Shown here: positions 28,814 to 42,100 of the stretch, one piece after another
Layout of the letters: the number at the start of each line of letters is the position of its first letter
How positions within the stretch are numbered: the first letter of the stretch is position 1
DNA from: the human T2T-CHM13v2.0 reference genome, Homo sapiens
Strand: one strand, 5' to 3'
DNA: 64,000 nucleotides
NCBI RefSeq assembly: GCF_009914755.1
Contig: NC_060940.1
The notes under the pieces: model-generated
What the model was told of the DNA's origin: nothing
Databases searched by the model: none
What the model saw: only the letters and a program-made list of their open reading frames with translations
Position numbers and translations under genes: made by a program

Positions 28814-30161
28814 ATATCTTCATATAAAAAGTGGACAGTAGCATTCTCAGAAACACCTTTGTGATGTTTGCATTCAAGTCACAGAATTGAACATGCCCTT
28901 TCATAGAGCAGGTTTGAAACACTCTTTTTGTTGTGTTTGGAAGTGGACAATTGGAGCGGTTTGAGGCCTATGGGGAAAAAGGAAATATCTTTCCATAAAA
29001 ACTAGACAGAAACATTCTCAGAAACCTGTTTGTGATGTGTGTACTCAACTAACGGAGTTGAACCTTTCTTTTGATAGAGCAGTTTTGAAGCACTTTTTGT
29101 AAAATATGCAAGTGCATATTTGGATAGCTTTGAGGATATCGTTGGAAACGGGAATACCTTCTTATAAAATCTGGACAGAAGCATTCTGAGAAACAACTTT
29201 GTGATGTTCGCATTCAAGTCACAGAGTTGGACATTCCCTTTCATAGAGCAGGTTTGAAACACTCTTTTTGTTGTGTTTGGAAGTGGACAATTGGAGCGGT
29301 TTGAGGCCTATGGGGAAAAAGGAAATATCTTTCCATAAAAACTAGACAGAAACATTCTCAGAAACCTGTTTGTGATGTGTGTACTCAACTAACGGAGTTG
29401 AACCTTTCTTTTGATAGAGCAGTTTTGAAGCACTTTTTGTAAAATATGCAAGTGCATATTTGGATAGCTTTGAGGAGATCGTTGGAAACGGGAATACCTT
29501 CTTATAAAATCTGGACAGAAGCATTCTGAGAAACATGTTTGTGATGTTTGCCTTCACGTAACAGTGTTGAACATTCCTTTTCACAGAGCAAGTTTGAAAC
29601 ACTCTTTTTGTAGTATCTAGAAGTAGACTTTTGGAGAGCTTTGAGGCCTATGGTGAAAAAGGAAATATCTTCCCACAAAAAACTAGACAGAAGCATTTTC
29701 AGAAACTTGTTTGTGATGTGTGTGCTCAACTAACAGAGTTGAACTTTTCTTTTGATAGAGCAGTTTTGAAACACTCTTTTTGTAGAATGTGCAAGTGGAT
29801 ATTTGGATAGCTTTGAGGATTTCGTTGGGAACGGGAATATCTTCATGTAAAAAGTAGACAGAAGCATTCTGAGAAACATCTTTGTGATGTTTGCATTCAA
29901 GTCACAGAGTTTAACATTACTTTTCACAGAGCAGGTTTGAAACACTCTTTTTGTAGTATCTGGAAGTGGACATTTGGAGCACTTTGAGGCCGATGGTGAA
30001 AAAGGAAATATCTTCCCATAAATACTAGACAGAAGCATTCTCAGAAACTTGTTTATGATGTGTGTACTTAACTAACAGGGTTGAACCTTTCCTTTGATAG
30101 AGCAGTTTTGAAACACTCTCTTTGTAGGATCTGCAAGTGGATATTTGGATAGCTTTGAGGA

Positions 30162-30178
30162 TTTCGTTGGAAACGGGA
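30162..30178 (+). promoter_or_regulatory. Intact CENP-B box
   Basis: tttcgttggaaacggga matches YTTCGTTGGAARCGGGA exactly. Confidence 0.9.
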
Positions 30179-33100
30179 ATATCTTCATATAAAAAGTAGA
30201 CAGAAGCATTCTCAGGAACTTCTTTGTGATGTTTGCATTCAAGTCACAGAGTTGAATGGAAGTAGATAGAATCATCAAATGAATCGAATGGAATGATGAT
30301 CGAATGGAATCCAATGGAATCAACATCAAATGGACTCGAATGGAATCATCATTGAATGGAATCCAAAAGCATCATCATCAAATGGATTCCAGAGGAATCA
30401 TCAATGAATGGAATGGAATGGAATTATTGAATGGAATCTAAGCGAATCATCATTGAATGGAACTGAATGGAATCATCCTCAAATAGAAACTAACGGTGTC
30501 ATCACTGAATGGATTCGAATGGAATCATCATCGAATGGCATCGAATGGAATCATCATCTAATGCAATTGAATGGAATCACCATCAAACGGATTAAAATGA
30601 ATCATGAAATGGAAACGAATGGAATCATGGAATGGAATCGAACGGAATCATCGAATGGACTCAAACGGAATATTCTTGGAATTGAATCAAATAGAATCAT
30701 CTTTGAATGGACTCAAATGAAATCAACGAATGGAATCAAATGCAATCATCCTCAATGGAATCGAATGGAATCATCATCAAATGGAATCAAAAGGAATCAT
30801 CATCGAAAAGAAACGAATGGAATCATCAACAAATGGAATCGAAAGGAAGCATCATCAGAAGGAAACAAATGGAATCATCATCGAATAAAATTGAAAGGAA
30901 TCATCGAATGGAATTGAATGCAATCATCATCAAAAGGAATTAAAGAGAGTCATCGAATGGAATCGAACTGAATCATCAAATGGTATCAAATGGAATCATC
31001 ATCAATTGGACTGGAATGGAATCAACATCGAATGGAATAGAAAGGATTCATCAAATGAACTCGAATGGAATCATCATCGAATGGACTCAAGCGGAATTAT
31101 CATCTAATGGAATCAAATGGAATTATCGAATGGACTAGAATGGAATCATCGGAAGGACACGAATGGAATCATCATCGAATGGACTCAAATGGAATGATAG
31201 AATGGACTCGAATGGAATCTTCGAATGGACCCAAATGGAATTATCTAATGGGCTGGAATGGAAATATCGAATGGACTTGAATGGAATCATTATCAAATGG
31301 AATCAAATGGAATCATCGTAAGGAATCCAATAGAATCATCAATTGGAATCGATCAGAATCATCATCAAATGGAATCAAATGGAATCATCCAATGGAAACT
31401 AATGCAGTCATCATCAAATGGAATTGAATGGAATCATCATCAAATAAAATCTAATGGAATTATGGAATGGATTCGAAAGGAATCATCATCCAATAGAATA
31501 GAATGGAATCATTGAATGGAATAGAATGGAATCATCGTCGAGGGGAATTGAATGGAATCATCAAATGGAATCCAGTGGAATCATCATCGAATGGAATCGA
31601 ATGGAATCATTATTGAATAGAGTCGAATGGAATCATTGAATGGTATCATCATCAAATGGAGTCCAATGGAATCATCGAATTGACTCTAATGGAATCATCT
31701 TTGAATGGAATCAAATAGAATCATTGAATGGAATCGAATGGAATCATCATCAAATGGAATTGAATGATATCATCGAATGCACTTGAATGGAATCATCAAC
31801 GAATAGAATTGAATGGTATCAAATGAAATCAAATGGAATCATCAATGAATGGACTTGAATGGAATCATCATAGAATGGACTCAAATGCTATCATCGTCTA
31901 ATGCATTCTAATGGAATCATCATTGAATGGACTTGAATGGAAACATCATCGAAATGAATCAAATGGAATCATCATGAAATTGAATCGAATGGCTCATCAT
32001 CAAATGGAATCGAATGGAATCATCATCGAATGGAATCGAATGGAATCATCAAATGGACACGAATGGAATAATCATCGAATTGATTAGAATGGAATCATCG
32101 AATGGACTCGAATGGAATTATCATTGAATGGAACAGAATGGAATCATCGAATGAACTCAAATGGAATCATCATCGAATGGACTCGAATGGAATAATCGAA
32201 TGAATTTGAATTTAATCATCATCGAATGGAATCCAATGGAATCATCGAATGGAATCGAATGGAATCATCACTGACTGGAATGGAATGGAAGCATCGAATG
32301 GACTCGAATGAAATCATAATGGAATGGAATCAAATGGAATTATCGAATGGACTCAAATGGAATCAACTTTGAATGGAATTGAAGGGAATCATCAAAAGAA
32401 TCGAATGCAATCGTCATCAAATGGAATCGAATGGAATCATCGAATGGAATTGAATGGAATCACCACTGAATGGATTCGAATGTAATCATCATTGTATGGA
32501 ATCGAATGGAATTATCGAATGGACACTAATGGAATCATCGTCAAATATAATCAAGTGGATCATCAAAGGGAACCTAATGGAATGATTGTCGAAAGGAATG
32601 GAATGGAATCATTGAATGGAATTGAATGAAATCACCAAGGAACGGAATCGAAATGGAATCATCATCGAAAGGAATAGAATGGAATCATGGAATGTACTCG
32701 AATGGAATCATCATCAAATGGAAACCTGTGGAACCATCGAATGAACACGAAAGGAATCATAATCAAATGGAATCGAAAGGAATCATCACTGAATGCAAGC
32801 ACATGGAATCATCACCAAATGGAATCGTACGGAATCATCATGGAATGGAATTGAATGGAATCATCAATTGGACTCGAATGGAATAATCAAATGGAATCAA
32901 TTGGAAGCGTCGAATGGACTCGAATGGAATCATCATCGAATGGAATCGAATGGAATCATCGAAAGGACTCAAATCGAATCATAAAATGGACTCGAATGGA
33001 ATCATCAAATACCCTCCAGTGGAATCATCATTGAATGGAACCTAACAGAAAGATCGAATGGATTCGAATGGAATCATTGGATGGAAGTGAATGGAAACAT

Positions 33101-36100
33101 TGATAGGACTCAAATTGAATTACTGAAAGGGTTCAAATGGAATCATCGAGTCGACTCAAATGTAATCACTATCGAATGGAATCGAATGGAATCATTGAAT
33201 GGAATTGATTGGAATCATCATTGAATGGAATCAAATGAAATCATCCAATGGAATCGAATCCAATCATCATCGAATGGATTCGAATGGAATCATTGCCTAA
33301 TAGAATAGAATGGAATCATCGAATGGAATAGAATGGAATCACCATCGAATGGAATCGAATGCAATCATCGAATGGAATCTAATGGAATCATTACCGAATA
33401 GAATCGAATAGAATCATTGAATGGAATCATCATCAAATGGAGTCCAATGGAATCATCGAATTGACTCGAATGGAATCATGATTGAATGGAATTGAATAGA
33501 ATCATCGAATGGAATCGAATGGAATGATCACGAAATGGAATCGAATGATATCATCGAATGCACTTGAATGGAATCATCAACTAATGGAATTGAATGGTAT
33601 CATCAAATGGAATCGAATGGAATCATCTTCGAGTGGAATCTAAAGGATTCACTAAGTGGACTCCAATGGAATAATCATCAAATGGAATCGAGTGGGATCA
33701 TTAAATGTAGTCAAATGCTGTCATCGAATGGAATCGAATGGAATCATCGAATGGATTCGAATGGAATAGACATCGAATGGAATCAAGTGGAATGATCAAA
33801 TGGACTCGAATGGAATCATCATTGAATGGATTTGAATGGAATCATCGAATACACTCGAATGGAATCATCATCTAATGGAAATGAATGGAATCATCAAATG
33901 GACAAGAATGGAATCATTGTCGAATGTAATCATATGGAATCATCGAATGGACTCGAATGCAATCATCAAATGTACCCGAATGGAATCATCATCAAATGGA
34001 ATTGAAAAGAATCATCGAATGGACTCGAATAGAATCATTGAATGGACTCGAATGGATTGATCAAAAGGACTTGAAAGGAATTATCGAACAGACTCGAAAG
34101 GAATCATCGAATGGACCCTAATGGAATCATCATCGAATGGAAAATAATGGAATATTCAAATGGACTCGAGAGGAATCATCGAATGGACTCAAATGGAATC
34201 ATTGAAAGGAGTCTAAAGGAATCATCACTGAATGGAATTGAATGGAATCATCGAATAAAATCAAATGTAATCATCTAATGGAATCTAATGGAGTAATCAA
34301 CGAATGGAATCGAATGGAATCACCGAATGGAATTGATAGTAATAATCATCGAATGGAATCAAATGGAATCATCATCGAATGGAATTGAATGGAATCTTCG
34401 AATAGACACGAATGGAATCATCATCGAATGGAAAGGAATGGAATCATCAAATGGACTCGAATATAATCATCATCGAAGGGAATCGAATGGAATCATCAAA
34501 TGCAATCAAATGGAATCATCATCGAATGGAGTTGAGTGGAATCATCCTTGAATGGAATCTAATGGAAATAAGAACGAAGGGAATCGAAAGGAATCACCAT
34601 CAAATGGACATGAATGGAATCATCATCGAATGGACTCGAATGGAATCATCATCGAATGGAATCAAATGGAATCTTAATCGAATGGAATCAAATGGTGTCA
34701 TTGAACAGACTCAAGAGGAATCGTCGAATGGACTCGAATGAAATCATTGAATGGAAAAGAATGGAATCATCATCGAATGGAATGTTATGGAAACTTCGAA
34801 TTGATTCTAATGGAATGCTCATCAATTTGAATAACCTAATGGAGTCAGATGGAATCATCATCAAATAAAATTGAATGGAACCATCGAATGGCATCGAATG
34901 GAATCATCATCCAATGGAATCAAATGGAATCATCTAACGGACTCATATGGAATTATCATCAAATGGAATCGAGTGGAATCATAGAATGGACACGAGTGGA
35001 ATCATCATTGAATGGAATCAAATGTAATCATCATCAAAAGGAATTGAAAAGAATCATCATAGAATGGAATCGAATGGAATCATCAAATCGAATAGAACGG
35101 AATCATCATAGAATGGAATCAAATAGAATCATCAAATGAAATCAAATGGAATCATCATGAAAAGGAATCTAATGGAATCATCAACAAATGGAATTGCATG
35201 GAATCATTGAATGGAAACTAATGGAAACATCATCACATGGAACCGAATGGAATCATCATGGAATGTAATAAAATGGAATCATCATCCAATGGAATCGAAT
35301 GGTAACATTCACTGATTTGAATGGAATGATCATCGAATGGAATCAAAGGGAATCATCGAATGGAATCAAATGGAATCATCAAATGTAATCGAATGAAATC
35401 ATCGTATGGATTCTAATGGAATCATCATTGACTGCAATCAAAACGTCATCGTCTGTAATCGAATGGGATCATCATCCAATGTCATCGCATGGAATCATCA
35501 ACGAATGGAATCGATTGGAAAAATCAAATGGAATCGAATGGAAGGATCATCGAATACAATTGAATGGAATCTTCGAATGTAATCGAAAGGGATCATCCAA
35601 TGGAACCGAATGGAGTCATTGAATGGTCTCGAGTGGAATCATCATCAAATTCAATCTAATGGAATCATTGAATGGACTAAAATGGAATCATCATCAAATG
35701 GAATTGAATGGAATCATCGAAAGGCATAGAATGCAATCATCATCAAATGGAATGGAATGTAATCATTGAATGGACACGAATGGAATCATCATCGAAAGGA
35801 ATCGTATGGAAACTTCAAATGGGCTCGATTGGAATCATCATCGAATGCAATCAAATGGAATTATCATCAAATGAAATCAGATGAAATCATCATCGAATGA
35901 AATCAGATGAAATCATCATCAGATGGGATCCAATGGAATCATCACTGAATGGAATGGAAAGGAATCATAGAACAGAATCAGATGGAATCATCATCGAATG
36001 GAAAAGAATGGAATAGTCAAATGGTCTCGAATGGAATCATCGAATGGAGTCTAAAGGAATCACCATTGAATGGAATTAAATGGAATCATCGAATAAAATT

Positions 36101-39100
36101 TAATGTAATCATCTAATGGAATCTAACGGAATAATCATCGAATGGAATTGAATCGAATCATCCTTGAATGGAATTGAATGGAATCTTCGAATAGACATGA
36201 ATAGAATCATAACTGAATGGAAAGGAACGGAATCTTCAAATGGACACCAATATAATCATCATAGAAGGGAATTAAATGGAATTATCAATTGGAATCGAAT
36301 GGAATCATCATCAAATGAAATTGAATGGAGTCATCGAATGTCATCGAATTGAGTCATCACCAAATTGAGTCAGATGGAATCATCGAATGGACTCGAATGG
36401 AATCATCATCGAAGGGAATGGAATAGAATAATCGAATGGACTCGAAAGAATCATCATCGAATGGAATCGAAAGGAATCAACAAATGGAATAGAAGAGAAT
36501 CATCATCGATTGGAATCAAATGGAATAGTCATTGAAAGGAATCAAATGTAATAATCATCAAATGGATTCATTTGGAATCATAATCGAATGGAATCATCAT
36601 CGAAGGGAATCGAATGCAACAATCGAATGGACTCAAATGTAATCATCATCGAATGGAATTGACCGGAATCATCGAATGGAATAGAAGAGAATCATCATCG
36701 AACGGAATCGAATGGAATCATCAACGAATGGAATCGAATGGAATAATCATCGAATGGATTCGTATGGAATCCTCATCGAATGGAATTTAATGGAATCATC
36801 TTCGAATGGAATCGAATTTAATCATCATGAAATGGAATCAAATGGAATTATCGAATGTACTCGAATGGAGTCATTATCGAATCGAATAGAATGGATTCAT
36901 TGAATGGACTCGAATGGAATCATCATTGAATGGAATTGAATGGAATCATCGAATCGACTCGAATGGAGTCATCATCAAATGTAATTGAATGGAATCATCA
37001 AATGGAATCGAGGGGAGTCATCGTCAAATGAAATCGAATGGAATCATTGAATGGACATGAATGGAATCACCATCGAATGGAATCAAATAGAATGATTAAT
37101 TGGACTCCAATGGAGTCATCGAATGGACTCGAATGGAATCATCATCAAAAGGAATCAAATGAAATAATGATCAGATGGAATTGAATGGAAACATCTCTGA
37201 ATGGAATCGAATGGAATCATCGAAGGGAAAGAGATGGAATCATCATCGAATTGAATCAAATAGAAACATTGAATGAAATCGAATGGAATCATAGTCGAAC
37301 AGAATCGAATGGAAACATCATCGAATGGACTCGAATGGAAACATCGTGGAATGGAATTGAGTGGAATCATAATCGAATGGAATCAAATGGAAACATCATC
37401 GTATTGAATCAAATGGAATCGTCATGGAATTGAATCGAAAGGCTCATCATCAAATGGAATCGAATGGAACCACCGAATGGAATCATCGAATGGAATCAAA
37501 TGGATTAATCATCTAATGGAATCAAATGGAACCAACGAATGAAATCGAATGGAATCATCTTTGAATGGAGTCGAATGGAATTATCATCAAATGGAATCTA
37601 ATGGAATCATCAACAAAGGGAATTGAAAGGAATCATCATCGAATGGAATCGAATGGAATCATCATAGAACGGAATCGTAGGGAATCATTGAAAGGAATCG
37701 AACGGAATCATCAAATGGAATCAAATGGAGTCATCACTGAATGGAATCGAATGGAGTCATCAAATGGACAAGAATGTAATAATTAAATGGACTCGAAAGG
37801 AATCATTGAGTGGAACTGAATGGAATCATTGATTGGTCTCGAATGGAATCATCATCAAATGGAATCGGTTGGAATCAACGAAGTGAGTTGAATGGAATAA
37901 TTGAATGGTTTCGAATGGAATCAGCATCGAGTGGAATCAAATAGAATCATTCAATGGACCCGAGTGGAATCATCATTGAATGGAATCAAATGAAATCATC
38001 ATCAGATGGAATCGAATGGAATCATCACTGAACAGAGTCAAATGGAATCATCAAAAGGACTCGAATGGAATAATTGAATGGACTCTAATGGAATCATAGA
38101 ATGGAATCGAACAGAATCATCGAATGGACTCGAATGGAATCATCATCAAATGGAATCAGATGGAATCAATGAAGGGACTCGAATGGACTCATCAAATGGA
38201 CTCTAATGGAATCATCATCGAATGGAATCAAATGGAATTATCGAATGGAATTGAAAGGAATCATCGAATGAAATCAAATAGAAGCATCTAATGGAATCGA
38301 ATGGAATCATAGAATGGAATCAGCCGGAATCATCATTGAATGGAATCAAACAGAAGCATCGAATGAAATTGAATTGAATCATCATCGAACGGACTCGTAT
38401 GGAAACATCATCGAATGGACTCTAATGGAATCATCGTTGAATGGATTCCAATGGAATCATCATCAAATGGAATCGAATGGAAACATCATCTAATTGAATC
38501 AAATGGAATCATCATGGAATTGAATCGAATTGCTCACTGTCGAATGGAATCTAATGGAATCATCGAATGGAATTGAATGGAGTCGTCATCGAATGGAATA
38601 AAATGGAATCATCCAATGGAAGAAAATTGAATCATCACCGAATGGAGTCAAATAAAATCATCGAATGAAATTGAAAGGAATCATCATCAAATAGAATCGA
38701 ATGGAATCAACATCGAATGGAATCGAATGGAATCATCATCCATTGGAATCGAATGGAATCATCATCCAATGGAATCGAATGGAATCTTCGAATACAATAG
38801 AATTGAATCACCATCGAATGGAATCGAATAGAATCATCGAATGAAATCAAATGGAATCATCATTGAATGGAATCGAATCGTCAATGAACAGAATCGAATG
38901 GAATCATAGAATGGAATCCAACGTAATCATCATCAAATTGAACCCAATGGAATCATTAAATGGACTCGAATGGAATCATGAAATGGACTCGAAAGGAAAC
39001 ATCATCGAATGGAATATAATGGAATCATCGAATGGAATCAAATGGAATCATCATTGAATGAAATCAAATGGAATCATCGAATGGACTCGAATGGAATCAT

Positions 39101-42100
39101 CATCGAATGGAATTGAATGGAATCATCGAATGGACTCGAATGGAATCATCATCGAATGGAACTGAAAGGAATCATCAAATGGACTTGAATGGAATCATTG
39201 AATGGACACGAATTGAATCATCATTGAAGGAAATTGAATGGAATCACCAAAGGAACACGAATGGAATCATCATCTAATAGCACCAAATGGATTCATCGAA
39301 TGGACTCGACTGGAATATCAGCAAATGGAATTAAAAGCAATCATCGAATGGACTCCAATGGAATTATCGAATGGACTGGAATGAAATCAATATCGAATGG
39401 ACTCAAATGGAATGATCGAATGGTCTCGAATGGAATCATCAATTGGACTCAAACGGAATTATTGAATATCCTCAAATGGAATCATTGAATGGACTCCAAT
39501 GGAATCATTATCAAATGGAATCAAATGGAATCATCAAATGGAATCGAATGGAATCATTGAATGCAGATGATCAGAGTCATCATCGAATGGAATCATATGG
39601 AATCATCAAATGGAATCAAATGCAGTCATCACCGAATGGAATCGAGTGGAATCATCATCGAATAGAATCAAATGGAATCATCGATTGGAAGTGAATGGAA
39701 TCATCATCGAATGTAATCGAATGGAATCATCCAATGGAATCAAATGGAATCATCAAATGGAATTGAATGGAATCAACATTGAACGAAATCGAATGGAATC
39801 ATTATAGTATAGAATCGAATGGAATCATAGAATGGAATCATCGAATGGAATCATCATCAAATGGAGTCCAATGGAATCACCAAATGGTCTCGAATGGAAT
39901 CATCATAGAATGGAATTGAATGGAATCATCAAATGGAATCGAATGGATTCATCATCAAATGGAACCGAGTGGTATCATCGAAAGCACTCTAATGGAATCA
40001 TCAATGAATGGTATTGAATGGTACCATCAAATGGAATTGAATGGAATAATCTTCAATTGGCATCGAAAGTAATCACCGAATGGACTCGAATGAAATAATC
40101 ATCAAAAGGAATCGAATGGAATCATTGAATGAAATCGAATGGAATCATCACTGAGTGGACTAGAAAGGAATCATTGAATGGACTAGAATGGAATCATCAT
40201 CGTATGGAATCGAATGGAATCATCGAATGGAATCGAATGGAATCATCATCGAATGGAATCTAAATGAATTAACGTCAAATGGAGTCGAATGGAATCATTA
40301 TCGAATGGAATCCAAAGGAATCATCTTCAAATGGAACCGAATGGAATCGTCATCGAATGGAAACGAAAGGGGTCATTATCGAATGGAATTGCATGGAATC
40401 ATCATCGAATGAAATCGAGTGGAATCATCTTCAAATGGAATCTAATGGAATCATCTAATGGAATTGAATGGAATCATCATCAAATGAATTGAATGGAAAC
40501 ATCGAATGGTCTCGAATGGAATTAGTATCTAATGGAAATGAAAGTATTCACCGAATAGAATTGAAGTGAATAATCATCAAATGGACGCGAATGGAATAAT
40601 CACCAAATGGAATCGAAAGGAATTATTGAATGGAATCGAATAGAAACATCGAATTGACTCAAATGGAATCATCAAATGGAATGGAATGGAATAATCAATG
40701 AACACGAAAGAATCATCATTGAATGGAATCGAAAGGAATCATCGAATGGAATCGAATGGAATCATCTTCGAATGTAATCGAAAAGAATCATCATCAAATG
40801 GAATCAAATGGAAGCATCATCGAATGGAATCCAAAGGAATCACCATCGAATGGAACCGAATGGAATCATCATCGAATTGAACCAAAAGTAGTCATCATCG
40901 AATGGATTCTGATGGAATCATCATTGAATGGAATCGAATGGAATCATCATCTAATGGAATCTCTTGGAATCATTGAAAGGAATTGAATGGAATCATCATC
41001 GAATGAATTAAATGGAATCATCGAATGGTCTCGAATGGAATCCTCATCAAATGGAATCGAATGGAATCATTGAATAGAATCGAATGGAATAATGATCAAA
41101 TGGACTCGAATGGAATCAACATCAAATGAATCGAATGGAATTATCTAATAGAATCGAATAGAATCATCGAATGGACTCGAATGGAATCATCGAATAGAAT
41201 TGAATTGAATAATCTATGGACTCAAATGGAATCATCTTCGAATGGAATCGAATGGGATCATCGAATGGAATCATCATCAAAAAAATAGAATGGAATCATC
41301 ATCGAATGGAATTGAAAGGAATCATCATGAAAGGGAATCTAATGGAATCATCGAATGGAGTCAAATGGAAACATCCTCGAATGCAATCAAATGGAATCAT
41401 TGAATGGATTAAAATGGAAACATCATCGAATGAAATCGAATGGAATCATTGAATTCAACAGGAATGGAATCATTGAATGGACTCAAATGGAATCATCATT
41501 CAATGGAATCTAATAGAATCATTAAATGTACTCGAAGGGAATCATTGAATTGCCTCAAAAGGAATCATCATCAAGTGGAATTGAATGGAATCATCAAATG
41601 GACTAGAAAGGAATCTTTGAATGTACTCAAATGGAATCATCATTGAATGGAATCTAATGGAATCATCGAATGGACTTGAATGGAGTCCTCATCAAATGGA
41701 ATCAAAGGGAATCACCGAATGGACTTGAATGGAATCATCGAATGGCCACGAATTGAATCATCATTCAATGGAATCGAATGCAGTCATCCCTTGGACTCGA
41801 ATGTAATCATCAAATGGACACGAAAGGAATCATCATCGAGTGGATTCAAATGAAATCATTGAATGGACTTGAATTCAATCATCAAATGGTCTCGAATGGA
41901 ATCATCATCGAATAGAATCGAAAGGAATCATCACATGGATTTGAAAGGAATCATCGAATGGAATGGAACGGAAACATTGAATGGAATCGAATGCAATCAT
42001 AATGAAACGGAATCAAAATAAATAATCAAATGGAATCAAATGGAATCATCAAATGGACTCGAATGCAATCATCATAGAATGGAATCGAATGGGGTCAAAG

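Larger units (their letters stand above)
26512..30256 (+). repeat. Alpha satellite island, 22 monomers (11 A/B dimers, ~340-bp period), SF2-like (D1/D2-type)
   Basis: ~171-bp monomers bounded by agacagaagcattctcagaaac. A-type monomers (caagtcacagagttgaacattccctttcatagagcaggtttg...ggcctatggtgaaaaaggaa) alternate with B-type monomers (actcaactaacagagttgaacctttc...ggatttcgttggaaacggga). The cattccc landmark recurs at 26512, 26849, 27191, 27530, 27868, 28210, 28550, 28892, 29232, 29572, 29915. The SF2 assignment is from recalled consensus similarity, not an HMM search. Confidence 0.96.

Noticed and set aside
29820-29836. Near-consensus CENP-B box tttcgttgggaacggga
   Set aside because: The core A at position 10 is G, so it was not counted as intact.
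26512-30256. Regularly spaced conserved motifs suggesting a CRISPR-like array
   Set aside because: The intervening sequence is itself repeated (171/340-bp monomers), so there are no unique spacers, and no cas genes are present.
26512-30256. Active centromere core
   Set aside because: The block is only 3.7 kb, its dimers are diverged, 9 of 11 CENP-B boxes are broken and there is no homogeneous HOR.
26350-30329. Minus-strand ORFs (MFQTCSMKGNVQLCDLNANITK...) that look like a paralogous protein family
   Set aside because: They are translations of alpha satellite monomers; the repetition simply follows the 340-bp dimer.
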